From contig CM102284.1 in the NCBI GenBank assembly GCA_046563655.1, positions 744,001 through 808,000 on the forward strand: a stretch of DNA of 64,000 bases. The letters are read 5' to 3'. The first letter of the stretch is position 1. Each line of letters begins with the position of its first letter. Under the pieces are notes generated by a model. The model saw nothing but the letters and a program-made list of their open reading frames with translations. It made no database searches and was not told the origin of the DNA. The stretch comes from Yuukianura sp. NJ FZ-2021. Lineage: Eukaryota. A program made the translations under genes and the position numbers. This document shows, one piece after another, positions 53,181 to 64,000 of this stretch.

Positions 53181-55452
53181 ATGGATTCTACGCAACTTAT
53201 TCTTTGCCTTTGTATTCTCCTTCTCCGTAGTGCTGTTGCAAAGGTAAAATTGAAGTTTTTGAAAACCTCTACAATAAAAGATTGTTTTCACCAAAAGAAT
53301 TTTTTGCTTCTTTCCTAACTTTTTTTTAAATTTGCCTCCTACCAGCCAGAGTTTGGGCGACGTGACAAACGGAACTTGAACATCCGACAATACTTGGAGC
53401 AAGTTGTGGCAGGGGTAGGAATTTCCAATATTTCCTTCAAAATGCTTCTTCAAAATAATATTTTTAGATCAAACTGCTGCTGAGTTTGAGTCACTGTACA
53501 TTTCCAGATGAACCACATTGAGCAGCAACTGGTCGAACAACAGAAGTCCATGCAATTGCTTGCTGAACGCCACAGACAAGATGCAGAATTGTTAGCTATC
53601 CAAACGGCCATTCAGAACACAGCTCTTCGACTGCGCAACGCAGAAGTCACAAATCAAATTGCGGAACTTGCCAATCAAACGCAACAACTTTTTAGGCTCA
53701 ACGAACAACTTGTCGTAAACAATCAAGAGCTGCTCGACCAAAATAGAAAACTTGCAAGACAAAACGAAGACCTTGCTATTCTAACGGCCATTCAAAATCC
53801 AGCTCTTCAACAGCGCGATGCAGAACTCACAAATCAAATTGAGCAGCTTACGAATCAAACCCAAGAACTTTTTAGAGTAAACGCTCAACTTGTTACGGAA
53901 GTTGCAGAACTCCGCAAACATGATGAATTTGTTACTAAGCGGGAAGATGCCCTTGTTAAACAAATTGCAGAACTTACTCAAAAATTAGCACAAGTCGGAG
54001 TAGAATTGAATCAGACCAAAGAACTGCAGAATACAATTTCAACGACAATTGTTACTCAAATGCGCAACTTTTCAATCAAAAACGAGCAATTTCAGAATAG
54101 TTTGAGAGAAAATGTTGCTGAAATGCAACAAAGTTCAAGGAGTCAAACTGCTGCTTTTGACCGCAAAATTGAGCAAATTTCTGCAGATTCGCAACAAAAC
54201 TTGTCACGTACAGAAGAAGCTCTGTCTAAGAAATTGAACTTAACCGAAGTGCTAATGAGAGAATACATTGCAAATCAATTTAGTCAATTGTTGTACACAA
54301 ACCAAATTGAGCAACTTACCAATCAAACCCAACAACTTTTTAAGCTTAACGCTGTTAATGCTAAGCGGGAAGATGCCTTTGTTAAACAAATTGCAGAACT
54401 TACTCAAAAATTAGCACAAGTCGGAGTAGATTTGAATCAGACCAATGAACTGCAGAATACAATTTCAACCACAATTGTTACACAAATGTACAACTTTTCT
54501 ATTCAAAACGAGCAATTTCAGAATAGTTTGAGAGAAAATGTAGCTGAAATGCAACAAAGTTCAAGAAATCAAACTGCTGCTTTTGACCGCAAAATTGACC
54601 AAATTTCTGCAGATTCTCAACAAAACTTGTCACGTACAGAAGAAGCTATGTTTAAGAAATTGAACTTAACCGAAGTGCAAATGAGAGAATACACTGCAAA
54701 TAAAGTTAATCAATTAACTCGACAAATTTCTCGCTCATCTGGTGTTGCTAAGCAGGAACTAACAACACATATTCACGATATCAACACAAGGTTAAACGCG
54801 GCAGTGGATATTCTACAACGACAGGTAAACATCACAAACATAACGCAGTAAAAGTGATAAAAATGAATAATCTGAAATTAACTAACTTGCTTTGTGAAAA
54901 GTTACACCAGTGAACACAAAGTCGGGAATGGCTGGGTTTGTAACTGACAAATTTTTACTGTAACTTTTACATTTATGTAACATTTGCGTGCTTCCTGGGT
55001 GAGTAGTCATGACATAAATGCTAAGAATCTGATTTCTTTTTGTGGAATACAGAGTGAGAGAGGACATACCGTGACATTCTACCTTGACAGCAATTACAAT
55101 AGTGGTGCAATTGCATTAACTAATTAATTAATTTACATTTCTAAATTGATTTCTGAGCGGGTTAATTTTAAAACTAAAAAAATATTTAGAGGCATTTGTC
55201 GAAGAGTTCAATTTCGGCCCTTCATCCTGCTCCGGATCTGGATGCTGTCGAAATTTGGATCGCTTGGATGACGACTCGGAGTCTCTGCGCACGCGTAACG
55301 TCTGTGTCAAAGTGTTCCTGGACAAAGACTGCACCGGCGAATCACGGACTTATGAAAAATATTCATCAATTCCAGATTTAGGAGACTTCTCGGGCGAAAT
55401 CAGTTCAGTCATGCCCTGCTATAACTATAGCTATAACTATATAAGTATTTAA
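53181..55452 (+). CDS. Secreted long coiled-coil protein with a C-terminal beta/gamma-crystallin-like domain, 5 exons
   Basis: Signal exon 53181-53243 (MDSTQLILCLCILLLRSAVAK). Exon 2 contains RRDKR. The large exon from 53508 is coiled coil. Last exons read VTFYLDSNY...CRNL..LDDDSESL...CVKVFLDKDCTGES...IPDLGDFSGEISSVMPC. Confidence 0.75.
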
Positions 55453-57249
55453 CATTAGGAGCAGCACGTTGGAATTTTCGACACGAATTTTTTACCTTTA
55501 AAATAAATGGGACATCATAGATTAAAGTAGTTATAATTTGTCGAAAAATTTGAAACAAATTATAAGTGTTTAGGTTACTGTGACGGTCTGATGTTTCCTA
55601 AGACGCTAACACAAACTGCAGACCTTAGTAAACGATTAGCATAAGTCGGATTCGGGACTTTGAACCAGAGCAAAGAACTGCAAAATGGAATTTCAACTAC
55701 TATTTTAACCCAAAAATCACAAATGTCACAACGTTTCTCTCCAAAGACACTTTGAGAAAAAATGTGGGAGAAATCAAATGCAACTTAAGTTCTAAAAATC
55801 AATCTTAAAAATCAATCTACTGAAGTTGGACGGAAAATTGAACTAAAAAAACATTTCCAGGATGTATTTTTATTGTTTCAATTTCCAATTTTCATTTCGG
55901 AATCCAGACGAACAATGAACAAAAGGTAGTTAGGAAGACCTTGTTAATTTAAATAGGAAATCGGTTAAACTTGTTTTTCAAAAACTCAAAACTGAATAAA
56001 ATTTCAGAAATTTCAAAATTAGTAAAGTATAAATCTGATATTTTTGCTAGTGATGCTTTTGATATGCAGGTGACAGATACGACCATTGTCAGGTCACTGT
56101 ACTGGAAGAACTTGGACACAACTCCGGACCTATCATTTGGTACCATAAAATATTTAATAAGGCGGAACAGTTGAAAAACTCTAACCCAAAATGCAAAAAG
56201 TAATAATCACACGAACTCCCACCACTAAATGTTACATGAAAGCTAGGAATTCAAAGCAAAGGCTGTCTTTTTTTGTGCCCACAGTTGTACCATGTACGTT
56301 TTTGGGTGAGGAGTAGTGAAGTATTATCTATAAAATTCAGTAATAAAGATGAAGTGTCATTGAGCAGCAATAACTATTTAAATTATTCGATTTTCTTAAG
56401 TAAATAGACATTTAAATTACTCTAATATAGGTGAAGCAAACTAGCTTAACCCAAAATAATTTAATTTAGTTCTGTTTTGAATGATGGAAGTAATAAGTAA
56501 AACGCAGTCTTTAAACCTTTCCAAAATGTAACACTCAAGAACTAACTGGTTAATGGTATGTGAACATTAGAAATACAGACAGCCTTAAGGTACACAAATG
56601 GCGCGTAGAAAAAAGTGTCAAATTTCAGTTTTCAAAAAATAGAAATTACTTCTGACAACAAAAAATAACGCCAAATTTCTGTTTGAGTTATTCAATTTCA
56701 ATTTGCATTCAATTTCAAACTGCAAAGGAGTGATCCTTCGTATCGATGCATTTCACTTACGGAACTGAAAAGTTTTCAGTACTGAGAGTGTTGCAGCGAT
56801 TTTCGTGAAGAATAGAAACCGGGAAATTAAATTTTGTGTTAACATAACGGTTTACATGTTATCGCTTAGAAAAACTATCTTTCGTATAAATTTACCTTTC
56901 GCAATAAATCGCTCCGGAATAGCTTGCTTTCGAAGTATAGTACCTTACGGAGTAATTCGCTTCGGTGAAATTCATAAAATGCGTTTTGTAGAAACTCATT
57001 TGGCAATATGGCTTACTATCGGCACGAACATTGTCATGTTCTGGAAGATTACCATCACGACACAACTCCGGAGCTATCATTTGATCTCAATACGCTTATA
57101 CAATCTTGATTAACAAGAAAAAGTTGAAGGCCAGAAACTTTTAAGCTCAGAATTCAAAAATAGACAGTCCCATGAACAGTTAAGCGTTCCATTAAAACCA
57201 GAAATTCAAGTGAGAAATTGAAACCAAGCGCAGTTCTTTGTTAGCACAC

Positions 57250-59345
57250 ATGATGAAGTCAGTGCACCAACTTTTCATAAATTTTGCAACTATTATCTTC
57301 ACAATTTCCGCCAATTTCGGACAGGCAACTAAATTCGAAAATCTCGGATACGACTACTGCCACGTAACCGTGGTCGCGCAGGCTGCCTCAAGTTTTGAAT
57401 TGAATTATTTTTCAAGTCAACCTATTCAACTAATCATGCTACCACAAAATGAAACCCAAATTAACTCTACATTTACGTCATTACAAGTTAGAAACTTGGT
57501 AAAAAATCACGCATGCGCACTTATTCTAAGCTTGGTTCACGAACTCCCTACTGCGCAGCTATGTCGACTACCGTCTCGATTCAACTGGCTAGTGGAGTGC
57601 GATACCTACGATACAATGACACTGCAACCATGCTACGGCCGAAACATTTACTTTGTGTGGTTACACTCTCACAAAATGGCGGGAAAAGAAGACCGGTACC
57701 TTGAGAAGTGTGACGAAACATGGAGTGAACAGTCCGTCCCACTATTCCTGTACCGTATTTCAATCAATATTACCGAGGTGACAACAGTTTCCCCACCACC
57801 ATGCAACACATACGCTCTCCGAACACGCAATATAGATAGAAATGTTGCAGTAGTCCCTTTTCGGTCACTACTGGATACTGAACTGACAAAAGTCCTACTT
57901 CATGCGTGTCCCATGACATGGCTCATGCTTGAATCTGAATTCAATAGGTCTGATTTTTTCGTCGGCAGGAGTACGGAAGTATACGATCGTGATGTACGTG
58001 GCCCCGTTTCCAAAATTATTTTAAAAAGCGTAACCCGGTATCTCAACCAATCAGCTTCAGCTGCATCAAAATCAAATTTGGGTCCGAACGTAATAAAATT
58101 TAAGCGCAAATATTGGACTACGAGGGACTTCTTTCGAAAACAGATTTATGTTTTCCAGGACGCATCACCAACTATTGACATGTCTGGCGGCAAAAGAAAA
58201 ACGCTACCATACACTTCGGTTTACCACCAAACCACACACGACTTTGAATTCATGACTTGCGCCGGCGTAGAAAAATTTATTAGTCTATTAGGGTTTACAA
58301 AACCGTTTAACCATGACGCCTGGATTGGCGTTTTGACCTCACTCATAGTTACTGTATATTTTGTGTTTGTTGTAGTTCGGTACAAGCGTTGTGCGGACAA
58401 TTACGTCTTTTTTGTGATTCGATTGCTATTTGAACAAAGCATTACGTTTCCTGGTAAATTGAAAAAATCTATCGCCTAAAATTTTTCTTGGCTACACTCG
58501 CTTTAATTTTGGTTATTTTGTCAAATCTGTATCGTTCTGAAGTAACCGCTGACTTAACCGCGCCACTACCGACTACTAGGGTGGAATCAGTCAGTGACGC
58601 CTTCGCGGCAAAATTTAAAGTTCCAATTATACATTCAGCTATTGTTCACGGAGACAAATCCTGCTTGGAGGAACTTGAGATGTGGAACTATACTAAGCGA
58701 ATGGAGGACAATTGGAAATGCGTTATGAAGGCGATGGATTTAAATCCTTTCATCCACGGAGTCTATCGTCACGCCGGCTTGGGCACATTATACCCAGCTA
58801 ACTCGACTGTTCTAAATGAAATGTTTCCAAAATTGATACAAAGCATTACACCAATTTTTGTGGAATTTTCGGAGAGAGACAAAAAACTTCTGCGAGAAAT
58901 TCTCAAGTGTGAAAACAAAATTTACATAGACGATACATTCGGTTTGAGAAAAACATTTTTAGATTTAGTACAAGTCGATTCCAAGGCTTCTAAGAAGTTG
59001 TACTACGGGAAAGAAAAGTACTTTTCCTACAATACATATTGGGTTATGGGGTCAATGACTTTTGACCGTGGTGGTCATATCCAGCGGCAGTTCGAGTCCC
59101 TCATACATTGCGGACTGTTTCGGCACATCTTGTATGGTCCGGAAACGTACAAATTCAAAGTCAAGAAAGAAGTGGAAAAATTGCTCACAATTCAAAATTT
59201 ACCGGGAAATTTACTTGAGCGACTCTCGTGGGGCAGTGGTCTACTGCTTGGAATTTTTATTGTACACGCTGTACTTGCACTCATCTGCCTCATCACATTT
59301 GTTGCTGAAATTATGTACCGCAAGTGTAAAGTTGCGTTGGATTAA
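57250..59345 (+). pseudogene. Divergent intronless ionotropic receptor (IR)-like gene A with a 1-nt frameshift at ~58468
   Basis: FMTC..FTKPF...W plus TM1, LSNLYRSEVTADLTAP (TM2/S2), FESLIHCGL, terminal TM. The two ORFs join if one base is restored, as the paralog shows. Confidence 0.75.
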
Positions 59346-60460
59346 CTGTTATTTCTAGAATAGGTAACAAGTAAATTAAATTAAATATGTTAAGTTAGGT
59401 TAAGGAATTTAACCCAAACCAATATAATTTAATTCTGTTAGCTCAGTGTACGGAATTTGGACATTGGAGGTAATAAGTGAAAGCTGTGTTTACATTTTTT
59501 CCCTAAAATGTAACAGGGGAGGTAATAGGTTAAGGCAGCATATACGCTACCGTTACCATATTAAAGTAAATAGGAAAGAAATGGAAAAAACAAATTAGTT
59601 TTCGTTTGAACCAGCGAATAATATACGTGGTTTGAAATTACAGAGTTCTTAAAAGTTGACAAAATACATGTTCAGTTGCAGCTAACCACTGGCGATACCA
59701 AAACACATAGATTTGAGAACAATGTGCACGATGTAAGAAATAATAGTAGTTTAGTGGTACTTGTCCGTATGTAGTTATGGCGCTCGTTAGATATGCAGAT
59801 TTGTCACCACGATATGACCACTCCCTTATCACTGTATGGAATAGTGCAACCTCAGCACATACCCCAGACCTATCATTTGGTACCAATATGCTAATATAAT
59901 ATTTAATTAACCTCTGTAAACGCCGTAAATAAGTAGCGAAATAAAAATGGAGTGCACTAGATGGAAGTTGTTTACTTCCGGACAAACCGGAAACCATTGC
60001 ACATCTTCAGACATTGAGGATCCCATCAGGTTTTCAGGTGAAGACAGGTTGGAAATCGTAGTGGTTCCAGAGTGATTGCCAATACTAGATGAAGAGAGAG
60101 AGTCGGGCGGACCGACCGAGAGGCAAGATACAGACCGACACGGTCTCAACCATAAAGTACCTATTTTACACAGAAATAGTTTAAGAAGTATATCTACTTT
60201 TGCTACTTACTTAATAACTACTACTCTCTACTTCCTACTTTCGTTAATAACAAGAAAAAGTTGAAGGCCAAACTTAGGCGCTAATCAAAAGTTCAGAAAT
60301 AATGATGCCATGAACTTCTAGTAGTACATGCTACATAATACTAACTACAAATTCAAAAGCGAAATTCGAACCAAAGGCAGTTTCTTCTGTTGCTACAGAT
60401 GAGTTGACGTTTTCGGTGAGTAGTAGTGAGGTAGGCCGAATTATCAGTAAAACCAATCAA

Positions 60461-63292
60461 ATGACGTCGGTGTGCCAACTTTTCAAAATTTTCATAAATT
60501 TTGTAATTATTATCTCCACAATTTCCGCCAATTTAGAACAGGCAACAAAATTTGAAAGTCTTGGATACAACTACTGCCATGTATTTGTAGTGGTGCAGGC
60601 TGCAGCCAGCATTGAATTGAAGTATTTTTCAAATCAACCGATTCAACTAATCGTGCTACCGCAAAATGAAACCCAAATTAACTCTACCTTTAAATCATTG
60701 CAAATTAGTAACTTGGTAAAAAATTCCATATGCGCCATAGTTTTAAATTTTTTGCACGAACTCTCTACTGTGGAGTTATGTCTACTACCGTCTCGATTCA
60801 ACTGGCTAGTGAAGTTAGGGGTCGCAAAGTCGACTTTGAGAGTAAAGTCGAAGTCGATTTCTTGAACATTTTTTGGAAAGTCGAAAGTCGACTTTATAAC
60901 CATCGAAAGTCGACTTTGGTTTAAAAAATGAGATAATTTTGAGCCTTGGAAAGCGACATCCAACGTAACCTCTAAGTGCAGTAACTTCTTTAATTTAAAA
61001 AACAATTAGTCATTTTCCATTTTGGCGGATTCGTATTATGCGGAATACGGATTTGACTTTATATTTTAGGGCATACTACAGTACTTAAATAAACTAACAA
61101 CATGCCAATTTTGTTCACAGTAGAGGCAAAATCTAGAAACCATATTTAACATACTGCAGTGTGTTATTTCAGAACAAAAACTGACAAATTTTAACAAAAT
61201 TTTTTGAAAGGTTTCTGGTGTCTGAACAGCCTTAATCAACATTTACGCTCCAGTGTTTAAAGCCCACCTTTTTGTTCCCAAAAAAAATTAACTCAAGGAA
61301 AATCTGAATAAATTTCTTATGGGCGTTTGCCATGTAACTACCAAAAAATCCGGATCAAAAACCGCATTTGTTCGGCAGAAACCGAAAATTCAGGTTTTTG
61401 TAAATCGACGGATTTCAGATGCCATTTTTACTTTTCTTATGGGTGGATCTATTGAAGGTTCAAAGTCGACTTTAAAGTCGACTCTAGAGTCGAAACTAAA
61501 TTTCCAGAGTCGAAAGTCGACTTTGGGATTTCGTTCGACTTTGCGACCCCTAAGTGAAGTGCGACTTCTACGACACAACAAACAGGCCAACCTGTTTCGG
61601 CCGAAACATTTACTTTGTATGGCTATACTCTCATGAAATTGCGGCAAAAGACCAGCAGTACCTACACAACTGTGATGAACAATGGAGGAACCTTCTGGTA
61701 CCTGTATTTTGGTACCGCATTTGGAACAATATTATTGACGTGACAACAATTTCCCCAGCCCCGTGCAATACATATGCTCTACACACAAGCAATATAGATA
61801 CAAATGTTGCGCAAATCCCTTTTCGCTCACTACTCGATACTGAACTGACAAAAATTCTACTGCACGCGTGTCCCATGGTATGGGCATTCCGTAAACTCGG
61901 AGTCCGAGGTTACTTCGTTTCAACCGGAGGGAATGCGAACGTAAAAGGTCCTTATATACCTAATCCGCTTTACTTCAATATTTTAAAAAGCGTAACCCGG
62001 CATCTCAATAAATCAGCTTCAACATCATTAAATTCTAATTTGGGCCCGAACGTCATAAAATCGGCGCGCAAATACGCCAAGGAGGCGTCATTCCTTGAAG
62101 AACATGAAAAGCATTTGGTAGTTTACCCTGCGACGTTCCCATTAATTACTAGTATGTATGGTAAGGCAAGACAACACAGGCCACCATACCTTTACATGTA
62201 CCAATATAAGAGTCTTGACTTTAAATTTATTACTTGTGCTGGTGCAGAAAAATTTATTAGCCTATTATCGTTCACAAGACCTTTTAAACTTGACCTCTGG
62301 ATTGGTCTTTTGACCTCACTTATAACTACTGTTTATTTTGTTTTTGCACTAGTTCTTTACAAACGTTCTTCGGAAAACTACGTCTTTTTTGTGATTCGAT
62401 TACTTTTTGAACAAAACATTGACTTTTCTTGTACGTTGAGCAAAAGTTATCGTCTCAAATTTTTCTTGTCTGCACTCGCTATAATTTTGGTTATTTTGTC
62501 AAATCTGTATCGCTCTGAGGTAACAGCCGACCTAACCGCGCCGCTACCAACTACTAAGCTGGAATCAGTCGATGAAACTTTGGCGCGAAAATTTAAAATT
62601 GCAGTTCCCTTTCAAAGGCGAGATGATAACGATGAGATACTGGTGAATAATTCTTCGTGGTTTAAGAAGCTAATACAAGTAACTGGTTTTATCAAAGGAG
62701 TCGTTCGTCACGCCCGTGCGTTCTCCCCATATAATTTCACTCTTCTACAGATGAAATATTTCCAAAATTGATTGAAAGTATTACAATTATTTTGGTGAAA
62801 AATAGAAGGAAACCAACCGAACTTCTGCGAGAAATTATGAAGTGCGACAACAAAATTTACATAGACGATGAAATGGGCTTGGCAAAAACTTTTTTGGATT
62901 TAGTACAACTCGACTCCGAAGCGTCTAAGAAGTTGTACCAAGGCAAAGAAAAGTACTTTTCCCAAAATGTGTTTTGGATCATGAGGCCAATGACCTTTGA
63001 CCGCTCCGGGCAGATCCAGAGGCAGTTCGAGTCTCTCATACATTCCGGACTGTTTCGCTACATCTTGTATGGTCCGAAAACGTCATTCAAAGACGAATTC
63101 AAGGTCAAGAGAAAAGTGGAAAAATTTCTGGCATTTCAAAATTTACCGGAAAATTTACTTGAGCGACTGTCGTGGGGCAGTGGTTTACTGCTTGGGGTTT
63201 TTATTGTACACGCTGTACTTACACTCATCTGTCTCATTTCATTTGTTGCAGAAATTGTGTGGTATAGCTTCTTCGTTAGTAGCGTTGCATAG
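60461..63292 (+). pseudogene. Divergent IR-like gene B, tandem paralog of A, interrupted by a MITE and a frameshift at ~62748
   Basis: Colinear with gene A. Removing 60816-61552 plus one TSD copy restores ...WLVKCDFY.... Confidence 0.8.
60816..61552. mobile_element. Non-autonomous hAT-type DNA transposon (MITE), 737 bp
   Basis: Perfect 18-bp TIR TAGGGGTCGCAAAGTCGA. 8-bp TSD AGTGAAGT at 60808-60815 and 61553-61560. Subterminal AAAGTCGAC repeats at both ends. Confidence 0.95.
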
Positions 63293-63329
63293 TTACTTAT
63301 GCTACTGTGGTTATCTAAGGTTAGGTTAG

Positions 63330-63998
63330 TATGGAGGGATATTAGTAGCAAAACTATTTTACTTTCCCCCGCCAATTAAAGTTTCCCGAATTAAAAAAGT
63401 TAACTTTCCCCCATTTATTTAATTGGCGAAAAGTTAATTTAATTGGGGAAACTTTAATCGGCGAAAAGTTAATCGGGGAAACTTTAATTGGCGAAAAGTT
63501 TATTGGGGAAACTTTAATCGGCGAAAAAGTCTAAGCGTACGGTAAAAAGCGTACGCTTAGAAAACGTACGCTTAGAACAATTGGGGAGAAAAGTCTAAGC
63601 GTACGGTAAGATCGTTTCGAGTAAGGTTATATTTAGTTATATCAGTATTTTTCTAAGCGTACGTTTTTCTAAGCGTACGCTTTTTACCGTACGCTTAGAC
63701 TTTTCTCCCCAATTGGTTCTAAGCGTACGTTTTCTAAGCGTACGCTTTTTACCGTACGCTTAGACTTTTCTCCCCAATTGTTCTAAGCGTACGTTTTCTA
63801 AGCGTACGCTTTTTACCGTACGCTTAGACTTTTTCGCCGATTAAAGTTTCCCCAATAAACTTTTCGCCGATTAAAGTTTCCCCAATTAAATTAACTTTTC
63901 GCCAATTAAATAAATGGGGGAAAGTTAACTTTTTTAATTCGGGAAACTTTAATTGGCGGGGGAAAGTAAAATAGTTTTGCTACTAATATCCCTCCATA
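63330..63998. mobile_element. Foldback-type element with long modular inverted repeats and no coding sequence
   Basis: Begins TATGGAGGGATATTAGTAGCAAAACT and ends in its exact reverse complement. Arms are built from ~30-bp and ~65-bp modules around a ~40-bp spacer. Confidence 0.9.
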
Positions 63999-64000
63999 GG

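Noticed and set aside
58477-58490. Stop-codon readthrough or programmed frameshift in IR-A
   Set aside because: The downstream ORF is in another frame, and the paralog shows a simple 1-nt deletion. No conserved slippery site is shared by the two copies.
63316-63330. TTAGG telomeric repeat
   Set aside because: Only about two units, and similar short ggttag tracts occur elsewhere (e.g. 51440-51575).

Overview
Eukaryotic, AT-rich, gene-dense arthropod DNA with short introns. Intronless divergent ionotropic receptors and signal-peptide CRAL-TRIO genes suggest a springtail-like basal hexapod, but that is inference. Conserved genes in order: 3' part of collagen IV, CHMP1, an unusually divergent CRY2/mammalian-type cryptochrome, PCYT1/CCT, yorkie/YAP, PINCH, WDR44, TRAPPC1 and FMR1. 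Lineage-specific content lies between them: a secreted Pro/Arg-rich orphan, two tandem secreted CRAL-TRIO genes (one frameshifted), two tandem atlastin-like GTPases with no transmembrane hairpin that end in KKKxWYKRI(F), a small spliced knottin-type peptide gene missed by the ORF track, two spliced orphans, a secreted coiled-coil protein with a beta/gamma-crystallin-like head, and two disrupted divergent IR genes. Mobile DNA includes a hAT-type MITE with an 8-bp TSD inside an IR gene, two Tc1/mariner-type MITEs, a tRNA-derived element, a 670-bp foldback palindrome and a displaced CRAL-TRIO gene fragment. Exon structures were read by eye. Several 1-nt frameshifts may be assembly errors.
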